From NCBI GenBank assembly GCA_035344155.1, contig DAORAL010000018.1, forward strand, positions 17,565-81,564: 64,000 nucleotides of DNA, written 5' to 3'. The notes beneath the pieces were generated by a model that saw only the letters and a program-made list of their open reading frames with translations, was not told the origin of the DNA and made no database searches. This document shows positions 9,623 through 18,539 of this stretch, one piece after another (position 1 is the first letter of the stretch; each line of letters opens with the position of its first letter). The translations under genes and the position numbers were made by a program. This stretch comes from Phycisphaerae bacterium (GTDB lineage Bacteria > Planctomycetota > Phycisphaerae > UBA1845).

Positions 9623-11382
9623 CGCGGTATCTCCGCCGGGGCTACATGATTCCAGGTCAGAAGTTCGTCCGACCGAACATTCTTTACGATAATCTGTCCC
9701 AGTATCCGCTTTAGCTCGGAGGGCGGAATTGCTGTCCCGGGCCGCCTAGCGGTGAGGTGCTTTGATTCCAAAACTGTGCCGACCGCGAGATCCTGAGCAG
9801 CCACCAGGCTTCGGCGGGCGACTTGCCGCGTGTTCAACTCCGAATGGACGGGACGCTTGGTGCCGTCACCCATCGCCGATTCAATAACACGGATCGATTC
9901 AATCATGGCTTTCAGTTCTAACGGTTCCAGTGATGCGCGGTGGTCTGGTCCTTCGGCGTTCCTGTCGAGCGTGAAATGCTTTTCGATGATTCGCGCTCCC
10001 ATCGCGACAGCCGCCCCTGCGAGCGCGATTCCTTCTGTGTGGTCGCTGAATCCGATCGGCAGATTTGTCGCTTTCGCCAAAGTCGTCATCGCACGCAGGT
10101 TGGCGTCTTTGCAGGCGGCAGGGTATGCACTGACGCAATGAAGCAAAGCAAGATCGCTGCTTCCGTTTTCACGCAGGACGCGAACAGCGTCTTCGACTTC
10201 TTCCAACCAACTGCATCCGGTCGAAAGGATGATCGGGCGAAGCGTACCGGCTGCATGGGCCAACATCGGGTGGTTGGTGATCTCGGCGCTTCCAAGTTTG
10301 ATCGCGGAGACGTCCAGTGCGTCAAGCAAGTCGATGTCTTCGTTGGAAAACGCCGACGACAAAAAGCGGATGTGGTTCGCCTGGCAATGCTCGATCAACG
10401 CGCGGTGATCGTCGGGTGAAAGCTCCAAACGCTTGAGCATATCGAACTGCGTTTCGTCCGGCTGGGCGTTGCGTTTCTGGTATTCGGCTTTGGGTGCGTC
10501 GCGGGTGGCCAACCGCTCGGCTGAAAATGTCTGGAATTTGATGGCGTCCGCACCGCAACGGGCGGCTTCTTCGACGAGTTTTCGCGCGGTTTCGATGCAG
10601 CCGTTGTGATTGACGCCGGCTTCTGCGATCACGAAGCAGCGATCACCTGACCATGGGATGGAATTTGCATGGTGTTGGTTGGCGCGGTCGAGGTCTTCTG
10701 CAACGTCGATGTCGATGGACCGCCGAGCGGGCATAACGATGCCCACTGAGCGACTGGATTGGCACAGGCTTTCGTTTTCTTGAATCCATCGCGGCGAACT
10801 GACATACACCGCACCGTTTAATGCAACGGTTGAATCTTCGTTCGACTGGACGGTTGCGGCGACTGGCGTGAATAGCATTCCGTCGCGCAGTTCAAATTGC
10901 CATGCCTTTTCTGCATTGGGATTGTATGCGACCGTGACGCACGTGGCATTTGGGTTCTTGCGGAATTGATGAATACAACGCAATACATCGCCCGTCAGAC
11001 GAAATGGCGATGTCGGTTGAAGCAAGACGACTTCGGAAAACGAGTCACCGTGATCTGCGTACCAATCGATCATGTGACGGAGCGTTTCCACGGAGGTGGC
11101 TGCATCGCTGGCGAGTTCAGCCGAACGCGTAAATGGCACCTCGGCTCCCCATCGTCGGGCTTCGGTGGCGATCATGTCGTCGTCCGTGCTGACGACAATG
11201 GTGCAATCGTTTGTCAATCGACTGGCACATGCGCGGGCGCACTGAATCGCTCGACCCAACAGCGAAACGCCGCCGACTTCGAGCAGATTTTTACCCGGCA
11301 GGCGTTTGCTTCCGCCGCGGGCGAGTATCGCGAACAATGTTCGATGCGATTCTACTTTCACATCCGCACTTTCTTGAATCAC
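9619..11382 (-). CDS. neuA/neuB: Fusion protein: CMP-nonulosonate synthetase (NeuA-like, N-terminal) + nonulosonate synthase (NeuB-like with SAF domain, C-terminal)
   Basis: 587 aa. N-terminal FAILARGGSKRLPGKNLLEVGGVSLLGRAI (cytidylyltransferase). From about residue 245, CFVIAEAGVNHNGCIETARKLVEEAARCGADAIKFQTF (NeuB TIM barrel). C-terminal SAF-like ARRSLVAAQDLAVGTVLESKHLTARRPG. Confidence 0.85.
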   Translation of the reverse strand: MIQESADVKVESHRTLFAILARGGSKRLPGKNLLEVGGVSLLGRAIQCARACASRLTNDCTIVVSTDDDMIATEARRWGAEVPFTRSAELASDAATSVETLRHMIDWYADHGDSFSEVVLLQPTSPFRLTGDVLRCIHQFRKNPNATCVTVAYNPNAEKAWQFELRDGMLFTPVAATVQSNEDSTVALNGAVYVSSPRWIQENESLCQSSRSVGIVMPARRSIDIDVAEDLDRANQHHANSIPWSGDRCFVIAEAGVNHNGCIETARKLVEEAARCGADAIKFQTFSAERLATRDAPKAEYQKRNAQPDETQFDMLKRLELSPDDHRALIEHCQANHIRFLSSAFSNEDIDLLDALDVSAIKLGSAEITNHPMLAHAAGTLRPIILSTGCSWLEEVEDAVRVLRENGSSDLALLHCVSAYPAACKDANLRAMTTLAKATNLPIGFSDHTEGIALAGAAVAMGARIIEKHFTLDRNAEGPDHRASLEPLELKAMIESIRVIESAMGDGTKRPVHSELNTRQVARRSLVAAQDLAVGTVLESKHLTARRPGTAIPPSELKRILGQIIVKNVRSDELLTWNHVAPAEIPR

Positions 11383-12176
11383 TACGCCACGAACGGACGA
11401 ACCATGTCGTCGAACGTTCGCTCATTTAGCATCTTTTCCATGTCAGCCGCCGTCGGCGTTCGGGCGAGATACTCTGCCGCCACCTCATCCGTAAAGTCCG
11501 CGTTGCGAGAATAGCGGCGTTCGAGGGAACGGTCCTGCGCAACCGGTTCAACACGGAGCAACTCGCCCGACTGCAACATGCCAACCACCGCTCGATGGGC
11601 CGACTGCACGGCTCGCATGCCGACGACAAACGGGTCAGCCGACTCCGCACGAGGAAACGAATGGCAGATGATCGGTCCGGAATCCAAGCCCGCCGTCAAC
11701 CGATGAATCGTCGCGCCAACGTATTGCGGCGCGTTGTCGTACATCGCCCAGAAATTCGTCGAACTGCCTCGATAGTAGGGTGAAACACCCATGTGGATGT
11801 TCACAGCATGATGGGCCAACAGGTGATCGCACAACGGGCCTTTGATGTAACTCGCCCCGAACACCACATAAACATCCGACCGAAGCGCCGGGGCCAACAC
11901 GCTTGGCGATGTCTGTGACAAGTCGCCCATTCGAAGCGCCAACTGCCTCGCGTGGGCGGGCATAAATCTCGGTTGACCGAAAACCAACTGCTCCGCCGAC
12001 TGCACACGGCGAAAATAAGTCTGCATCGTGTCCGACTTGCGGAAGAAATCGTCCACTTGGCCGGGGAAGATCGTCGTGCATTCCTGAATCGCATAGACCT
12101 CGTCGGCAACGCCGGCCAGCGCTTCGATCAACGCGACGTGACGAGGCTGGTTGCCGGTGAAGACGGTGATTCGCAT
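11382..12176 (-). CDS. Formyltransferase-fold protein (Fmt/PurN N-terminal domain only)
   Basis: 264 aa. NIHMGVSPYYRGSSTNFWA matches the N-x-H-x-S-L-L-P-x-Y-RG block and GATIHRLTAGLDSGPII matches the catalytic Asp block. Confidence 0.8.
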   Translation of the reverse strand: MRITVFTGNQPRHVALIEALAGVADEVYAIQECTTIFPGQVDDFFRKSDTMQTYFRRVQSAEQLVFGQPRFMPAHARQLALRMGDLSQTSPSVLAPALRSDVYVVFGASYIKGPLCDHLLAHHAVNIHMGVSPYYRGSSTNFWAMYDNAPQYVGATIHRLTAGLDSGPIICHSFPRAESADPFVVGMRAVQSAHRAVVGMLQSGELLRVEPVAQDRSLERRYSRNADFTDEVAAEYLARTPTAADMEKMLNERTFDDMVRPFVA

Positions 12177-13099
12177 GCGTTCATTTCCCTGATGATGTTA
12201 CTGTGATCTTCCCGCGGACACTCCAGCTTCGACCAGTGGCCCTCGACCATGTTGGCGCGAAATCCGAATTGAATTCCCAACTCGCGCAACACCTCCAGCG
12301 TCTTGGCAGTATACGAATTGCACGGGTGGGCCATGATCCTTGGCATTTCGCCAAGTATTTTTTCAAGCTTCTGCGCGTTGGTTTTGTATTCCCACTTTTG
12401 ACGATCGGGCGGAAGTTCACCGATCGCCACCGGATGCGTGTGCGAATGCAGACCGATGACATGCCCGGTTTCAGACAGATTGCAGATGTCCGTCGCATCG
12501 ATCCACAGATTCTTCGCCAGTGTTTCGATCGACTGTCCAAACAGCACGATCATCTCATCCATGATTTTTGTGTAACGATCTTCGCCGAGTATCTGGTTGC
12601 GAATGAAGCGGAAGCGCCGGTCGGCTGGCGTGTAGAACGGGTACTCAGCCAGGTACGTTCCGATGTCGAGTCGATCGAGAGCGTTGGAAACGGTCTGGCA
12701 CCCAACGGTGTTGCGGGCTTGTTCTTCAAATGCGCTGTAGAACTGGATCAACGAGTCGAAGCACGTCTCGCGAAACTGTCGGTAGACTTCCAGCCGAGAG
12801 AATTCGCCTTCGAGCATCGACGTATGAACAAACCAGAAACCCGTCAAGTTGAATTCTTCCAGGACCGGGCGGGCGACATCGAGTTGGCAACGCAGGGCGT
12901 CGTCGAAAGTCAGGCAAATGTCCTGCGGTTCGAGGCTGTCGCTTTCGGCGCGTTGGAGCCACTCGTCGGCACGGACGATTCGTTCGACACCGACATGCCG
13001 GATCAAGTTCCGGAGGGCGTGCGCGTCGATCGATCCCTGGCTGGGCGCATGATCGCCGCCGTGAAAATGATGAAACATGATTCCGTGCGGGTGCATCAT
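12128..13099 (-). CDS. Polysaccharide deacetylase (NodB homology domain) family protein
   Basis: ICLTFDDALRCQ (TFDD motif), VIGLHSHTHP, MAHPCNSY. Start set to ATG 13099 (MMHPHG); the track start at 13174 is possible. The 3' end overlaps the next gene by 49 nt. Confidence 0.75.
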   Translation of the reverse strand: MMHPHGIMFHHFHGGDHAPSQGSIDAHALRNLIRHVGVERIVRADEWLQRAESDSLEPQDICLTFDDALRCQLDVARPVLEEFNLTGFWFVHTSMLEGEFSRLEVYRQFRETCFDSLIQFYSAFEEQARNTVGCQTVSNALDRLDIGTYLAEYPFYTPADRRFRFIRNQILGEDRYTKIMDEMIVLFGQSIETLAKNLWIDATDICNLSETGHVIGLHSHTHPVAIGELPPDRQKWEYKTNAQKLEKILGEMPRIMAHPCNSYTAKTLEVLRELGIQFGFRANMVEGHWSKLECPREDHSNIIREMNACESPSSPATSLVTSR

Positions 13100-13243
13100 T
13101 GGAGGTTCCGACTGTACCGAGTTCTTGATCGTTCGATGGGGTCTTGCACATGCACCGTGCGTGCGCACCGCCACCGGTCAGGATATCGGCCACCTGCCGC
13201 GTTGCAGTGCAGGCGCATATCGCCCATCAGTCGGCTGAAAGCT

Positions 13244-14209
13244 CTATGCCGGCGTCAATTCGTAGAGAATTTCCGCCGGTTCCTGCTTATGCGGTGCGAT
13301 ATTGAAGTTCGCATTGTGGATGGGCTGGAGCAGCTCGGAGAGCAAATCGATCCAATCTGACTTTATTTCCTGCCGGGTGTGTTCGTCCAGGGCGTTGGCC
13401 ATCCTCACGAGCAGCGGGGCGATGGGACGCAGACCGACATCCCAGATGTGCGCATGGGTGGCGGTAATGAACGGGGTGCGCGAGACGATGTCCAGGTTTG
13501 CTGCCTTAAACCGCTGCTTCCAAGTTTCATCGTTGGTCAGGCTTGGCCATGATTCGATCCGGCCACGGCCAATGATGTCAAGCCAGCGCTGACCGAACTT
13601 GTCGCGATGGGCATTGAGGGTGTAGTCACGCATTGAATCGAGCTTGACGGAGAGCAGGATCCGTCCATCTTTTCGCGTGATGCGACGCAGTTCGCTCATG
13701 AACTGGTCGATATTCTGGACCCAGTAGGCGGAGTTGCAGTGAACGGTCTGGAATGCTCCGTTTTCAAAAGGCATCACGTGGTTGTGATCGTGCTCGACGA
13801 GGCATTCGTAAAAATCAAGCCGGCACGCTTTCAGCAACATGTTGGGTTTAAGATCGGTCCCGACTTCAAACTTTCGGTCTGGGCGCAACGTGACCATGGG
13901 TTCGTAACCGACGTTGGTGTGATCGAACATGTCCGCAAAGGCATCGCGGACTTCATCCAGATTCCCGACCTCCATAAAGACATCGTACTCGCTGGAGAAA
14001 TCACCACCGGCGTGAAGAAAACTGAACACGCCGTCTCCGCAACTCAGGTCGATGCTCGGTCCCTTGATTGGATGCGATTCGAGCGCCTGACTTCGCAGGC
14101 TCATCCAAAAGGCATTCTCCGGCCGCAGCCAATAGCAATTCAGAAAGCGCTGCAGGCGCGATGACGACTGGGCTTGCGATGGATTGGATTCAATCTGGGT
14201 CGCTGGCAT
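13244..14209 (-). CDS. Class I SAM-dependent methyltransferase
   Basis: SIDLSCGDGVF (motif I), AFQTVHCNSAYWV, DGRILLSV. Start moved to ATG 14209; the track start at 14224 is TTG. Confidence 0.75.
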   Translation of the reverse strand: MPATQIESNPSQAQSSSRLQRFLNCYWLRPENAFWMSLRSQALESHPIKGPSIDLSCGDGVFSFLHAGGDFSSEYDVFMEVGNLDEVRDAFADMFDHTNVGYEPMVTLRPDRKFEVGTDLKPNMLLKACRLDFYECLVEHDHNHVMPFENGAFQTVHCNSAYWVQNIDQFMSELRRITRKDGRILLSVKLDSMRDYTLNAHRDKFGQRWLDIIGRGRIESWPSLTNDETWKQRFKAANLDIVSRTPFITATHAHIWDVGLRPIAPLLVRMANALDEHTRQEIKSDWIDLLSELLQPIHNANFNIAPHKQEPAEILYELTPA

Positions 14210-14301
14210 CGGTTGTATTCCCAAGGGCTGATCAGCCTGTTCAATGGTGCGATGTGTTGGTCAAAAACGAAACCGCGCCAGATGCACGGTGATTCCGTTT
14301 A

Positions 14302-14328
14302 TTATCGGCAATTCGTCCACGCGATTCG
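14302..14328 (-). promoter_or_regulatory. Sigma-28-type promoter candidate in front of the nonulosonate operon
   Basis: The minus strand reads CGAA-N15-GCCGATAA. The -10 is an exact 8/8 match to GCCGATAA at 14309-14302, about 90 nt upstream of ATG 14209, on the correct strand. Confidence 0.3.
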
Positions 14329-14640
14329 TGCAGAACGCTCCAAATCGCATTGCTGCAATTGAAAACGGTGTTTCTGGGCGATCAGCTGTCGCGCACGTGC
14401 AGCAAGATCCCCGACCAATCTCGGGAATCCGCCTTTCGAAACAGAGTCCGAAAACGAGCGCATGCCGGCGCGCGATTGTTTCCGATGCACGGTGAAGCTT
14501 GCGCCGATTTCAAGGCGGGAAGTTGCAATACGTGCAAATGTGGTGGTTGGGCGGCGGCTCAAGCGCCTTGCCGGGTTCTGATAACGAGCGCGATTCCTTG
14601 ATTGGCGCGGAGGCGGCTGATATCATGATGAGATCGGGCG

Positions 14641-15489
14641 ATGTCAACTGGAATCTGCGTTATGCGTGCTATGCGTACATTACTGGTGGTCGGTTTGCTG
14701 TCGGTGACGGTGGTGCGGGCGTTCGCGTCACAGGTTGTACCGATGAGTATCGAGCAACTCGCTGACCATTCGGGTGAAGTGATTGTCGGAACGGTTGCGA
14801 ACGTGACGTCGCAATGGCGAGAGAATCCGCGGCGGATTGAATCGCTGGTGACCTTTGAAGGCGTATCGCTTCTTAAGGGTGACCGAACACTCCAAGACAA
14901 TAAGTTCACACTGACTGTTCCCGGCGGATCCGTTGGCGAATTTCAGATGCGCGTTTGTTGTGCGCCGGAATTTGCCGTCGGTGACAAGTGGGTGCTGATG
15001 TTGCTCCCGACCTACAAGACCTATCCGGTTGTCGGTATCTATCGCGGGGCGCTGCGTATCGTTGAAGATGGCGACGGGGTTGAGCGGGTTTACAATGCTG
15101 CCGGTCGATCGGTTACGGGTTTCGATGAGTCCGGACACTTTGTGCTCGACGGAAAAGCCCAGCGACATGCCGCTGAGCATCTGGTCGCTGAAAACGGTGC
15201 TCATGTGAGAGCAGTCGCCGCTCGCGAAAGTTCCTCGATCAAAGCCATGCGATTGACGGAATTCGTCGACACGTTGACTCCGGTCCTTGCAGCCAGTCGC
15301 AAGCATTCGATGGATCGTCCCGCGGGCACGCCGGTTCGGGCGGATTTGAGTCCGGTTACTCTAAAGCAATCGCCAATGGCCCGATCCACGGACAATGGCG
15401 GCGACTCGCCGCACCGCGAGTTGCCAAGACCCGCACAAGCTGGTGCAGATCCGCGCAAAGTCGAATCGAAGAAGGAGGTGTCACGATGA
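14641..15489 (+). CDS. Secreted hypothetical protein, translationally coupled to the matrixin gene
   Basis: 282 aa. Signal peptide MRAMRTLLVVGLLSVTVVRAFA; alternative starts at 14662 and 14671. ATGA overlap with the next gene at 15486-15489. No motif recognised. Confidence 0.6.
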   Translation: MSTGICVMRAMRTLLVVGLLSVTVVRAFASQVVPMSIEQLADHSGEVIVGTVANVTSQWRENPRRIESLVTFEGVSLLKGDRTLQDNKFTLTVPGGSVGEFQMRVCCAPEFAVGDKWVLMLLPTYKTYPVVGIYRGALRIVEDGDGVERVYNAAGRSVTGFDESGHFVLDGKAQRHAAEHLVAENGAHVRAVAARESSSIKAMRLTEFVDTLTPVLAASRKHSMDRPAGTPVRADLSPVTLKQSPMARSTDNGGDSPHRELPRPAQAGADPRKVESKKEVSR

Positions 15490-17564
15490 AACGCGACCCT
15501 TCTTTCAAATACACCTGTCGATCATTAACCCTGGTGTTGGCCATGGCATGCTGCTTCGTGGCTGGGCACCGCGCTGACGGATTCAGCTACTTCCAGGTGG
15601 GCGGGATCAACGTCGTCTGGCAGGGCGGATTGAGCGTCCGCTATCTTTCGCCTTCCACGTTCCCGATCGATTCCGGTCCTGACATTCACTATCTCGCTTC
15701 GATGGGATTGTGGAACCTTGTGCCAGCCGCCGACTTTGAATACCAGTACATTCATGCCGATCAGGATTTTCCGATCGACAATTTCGATGGATTCAACGAC
15801 ACGGCGGCAGTGTCGGCTAGCGAACTTGATCCGGGCGTGCTTGGCGTGACGTTCCTCGTCAATCAGGGCAGCGTCTGGTTCGACATGGACATGGTGTTCA
15901 GCGATGTACCTGAGGGAATCGGCTGGTACTTCATCGACAATCCGCCATGCGACATGGTGGCGCAGCCGACTCCGATCAACGGATTTTCTTTTCTGTTGGT
16001 GGCCGTCCATGAATTGGGACACGCCCTCGGTTTGGGACACGATCCCATCGGTGATGAATCGCCCGGCACACCGTGGTTTATCGCCACGATGAACCCGCGT
16101 TATCCCAGTGGTGGGGCAACTGGACAGGAGAACATCGTCGAACTTCATGCCGACGATCAAAGCGGACTTCGATTCCTTTATCCGCACGCGGGGCCGTCCG
16201 AACCGCCGCATGTGGACTTGGCGACCGCTGCATTTACGAGCAGCACTACGCTTGGAAAAGCGGTCCCTTCGTTCTTTACGCCGTCCGCCGTCTATCCCGG
16301 TGATACCCTGACCGTTCGCAGCGTGATCGAAAACCTCGGCTCGACGAATGAATTCATGGTCGCGCAAGGTTTCTACCTGTCGGACGATCAGATGATTGAA
16401 GACTCAGACATGTTCCTCGGCGAACTGCTTTGGGATATTCCTTTCCAGGATGCCTTCGAGTTCGATGTTGACGTGGACATGCCGGAAGACCTGCCGGCTG
16501 GCGATTACATCGTCGGGACGATTCTCGACCGGCAGAATGAAATTGCAGAAGTCTATGAAGACAACAATGCGTTGTCGTATTGCGATCTGCTGACCATCAA
16601 TCAACTCGTTCCGGTCATCAACAACATTCCGCAGGAATCGACGGCGTGCGGTACGCCTTACACCGGACCGACGCCCGTAGTAACTCACCCGCTCAACATG
16701 GCCGCCCTAACCTGGAGCATCGACAATCCCCAGCCGGGCATGACCATTAACCCGTCGACGGGCGTGGTGTCATGGCCCGATCCGATTCGGTCGGAGTTTC
16801 CTTACGTCATTTTCCTGAGGGCGACCAACAGCGCTGGCTCATCGACGCAGTCGCTGTTTCTCGGTGTGTCGTCAGCCGAGCCGGATGTCCTTTCGGTTGC
16901 AACGCAGACGGCGCATTGTGGCGTGCCGTTTGACGGACCGATTCCGGCGATTTCCAACCCGGCGTGCATGGACCCGATCATCAACTGGTCGTTGGACTTC
17001 GGACCGGGCGGCATGTCCATCGATTTCAACACCGGGCAGGTGCATTGGAATGACCCACAGATCGGCGGTCCTTACTCCGTGACGATTCGCGCGACCAACG
17101 CCATGGGCAATGGGACGCAGACGTTCGACGTGAATGTCGTTGCGTCGGCTGATCGTGATGGCGACGCGGATGTGGATCTGGAAGACTACGCCGAAGTGAA
17201 CGCCTGCATCGCCGGGCCGGACCTGTCGGCGACGGGCGGTTGCGAGTGCGTCGATCTTGACGGAGACGGTGACGTCGATCTTGCGGATGCGGCTGAGTTC
17301 CAATTGCTCTTTACCGGCTCGATCACCGGTGCGTGTTGTTTGCCGAACGGGACGTGCGTTGAAGAATCGCCGATCCTGTGTGCGGCTGACGCTGGCGTTT
17401 ATCGTGGCGACGAAACAACCTGTACGGCGGACGCATGTGAAGGCGCGTGCTGTTTGCCGAATGGATTCTGCCTCGATCTGAGTGAATCCAATTGCAACGG
17501 GGCATCGGGTACGTTTGAAGGAATCGGGACGGATTGCGGCCAAACCAGTTGCCCAAGTCCCTAG
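15486..17564 (+). CDS. Secreted matrixin-like (M10) zinc metalloprotease with Ig-like repeats, dockerin-like repeats and two Cys-rich C-terminal modules
   Basis: 692 aa. VAVHELGHALGLGHD (HExxHxxGxxH), ATMNP Met-turn, LHADDQSGLRFLYP. Two repeats of the type PYTGP...W(S)ID..PGM(T/S)I(N/D)..TG(V/Q)V.W.DP. DRDGDADVDLED and DLDGDGDVDLAD. 2 x GACCLPNG.C modules. Confidence 0.85.
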   Translation: MKRDPSFKYTCRSLTLVLAMACCFVAGHRADGFSYFQVGGINVVWQGGLSVRYLSPSTFPIDSGPDIHYLASMGLWNLVPAADFEYQYIHADQDFPIDNFDGFNDTAAVSASELDPGVLGVTFLVNQGSVWFDMDMVFSDVPEGIGWYFIDNPPCDMVAQPTPINGFSFLLVAVHELGHALGLGHDPIGDESPGTPWFIATMNPRYPSGGATGQENIVELHADDQSGLRFLYPHAGPSEPPHVDLATAAFTSSTTLGKAVPSFFTPSAVYPGDTLTVRSVIENLGSTNEFMVAQGFYLSDDQMIEDSDMFLGELLWDIPFQDAFEFDVDVDMPEDLPAGDYIVGTILDRQNEIAEVYEDNNALSYCDLLTINQLVPVINNIPQESTACGTPYTGPTPVVTHPLNMAALTWSIDNPQPGMTINPSTGVVSWPDPIRSEFPYVIFLRATNSAGSSTQSLFLGVSSAEPDVLSVATQTAHCGVPFDGPIPAISNPACMDPIINWSLDFGPGGMSIDFNTGQVHWNDPQIGGPYSVTIRATNAMGNGTQTFDVNVVASADRDGDADVDLEDYAEVNACIAGPDLSATGGCECVDLDGDGDVDLADAAEFQLLFTGSITGACCLPNGTCVEESPILCAADAGVYRGDETTCTADACEGACCLPNGFCLDLSESNCNGASGTFEGIGTDCGQTSCPSP

Positions 17565-17767
17565 CAGGCCCAACCTGGGGCGTAAACCAACAGTCAACGG
17601 AATCCCTGCGCGCCGGGTGGAGAACTCGCGATTCTCGCCCATTATCCATCAAATCCAACAGCAAAGTTGCCAACAACCGCGAACAACGTTACTCATGTTG
17701 CCCACAGCCAAGTGCATCCGGGGTGGCATGCACTGGCGGCTGATGGGGATCACTGGAGGATCGGTTC

Positions 17768-18292
17768 ATGCGCAGGTTTGGCTTGTTGTTCATGTTGTTG
17801 GCGGTGATGTCACTTGCGACCGGTTGCGTAACGCAGGTTCCCGATGGGAACAATGGCGGTGACGATGGCGGTCCGCAGGATATGAATACCAACGGTGCGG
17901 ACATGAACTCCAATGGTGAAGATGTAAACACGAATGGCCCGGGCATGGACGATGGCGGTGATGACGTTGACGCAAATCTGGCGAAGTTCGAAGACCCCGA
18001 CAGTGATTTTTCCACCACCGAAGTCCGCGACGTCGACGGTGAGCTGATGCAGTTCGATACGTCGACCAACGAGTTGGTATGGTTGGCTGACGGAACCCGC
18101 ATCGCCAACTGGCGCGTCGAGGGCACGAGTCTGATTTTTGGCAACAGCCCGTTCCGTGCACGCTTTGGCACTGAGGACGGCGAGCGCCGAGTCTACTTCA
18201 CCGAAGTCAGCCCCCCGACGATTTGCGATCTGGTTGTGAACAACGGTTTTCTGAGCGTTTTCTCAACCAACGTTCAAGTCCCCCAGGAGTAA
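17768..18292 (+). CDS. Lipoprotein, hypothetical, with acidic Asp/Asn/Gly linker
   Basis: 174 aa. MRRFGLLFMLLAVMSLATGC lipobox and GGAGGA Shine-Dalgarno. Linker NNGGDDGGPQDMNTNGADMNSNGEDVNTNG. Confidence 0.7.
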   Translation: MRRFGLLFMLLAVMSLATGCVTQVPDGNNGGDDGGPQDMNTNGADMNSNGEDVNTNGPGMDDGGDDVDANLAKFEDPDSDFSTTEVRDVDGELMQFDTSTNELVWLADGTRIANWRVEGTSLIFGNSPFRARFGTEDGERRVYFTEVSPPTICDLVVNNGFLSVFSTNVQVPQE

Positions 18293-18376
18293 TACAGGCG
18301 TCTCTGCGCATGCGCCCCGCGTCAGATGGACTGCGAATCGCCTGCGCCATGATTCTGCTTAAGATTCAAATGATTG

Positions 18377-18410
18377 AACCGCGTCGAATCTGCGCGGTTG
18401 GTTTGTGCTG
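18377..18410 (+). terminator. Possible intrinsic terminator
   Basis: AACCGCG (18377-18383) pairs with CGCGGTT (18393-18399), 9-nt loop, followed by GGTTTGTG. Short stem and weak U tract. Confidence 0.35.
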
Positions 18411-18539
18411 TAAATAAGGGCCGATTCACCAATTCAAATTCAAGTTGTTGGTTTAGCGCGAATGAACCATGGGACCGATGGGCGGTCCGTATGGATTTGG
18501 GGCAGGTCGCAATGAGTGCGACCTATCAGGAGACACAAC

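Noticed and set aside
13170-13195. GCCGATAT (B. subtilis-type sigma-D -10) on the minus strand upstream of the deacetylase gene
   Set aside because: No TAAA-like -35 at N15-16. It lies inside the possible 5' extension of the ORF and within a tightly coupled operon. Most likely chance.
12203-13360. 385-aa plus-strand ORF across the deacetylase and methyltransferase genes
   Set aside because: It spans two minus-strand genes that have clear motifs (TFDD, SAM motif I) and crosses their intergenic gap. No motif of its own.
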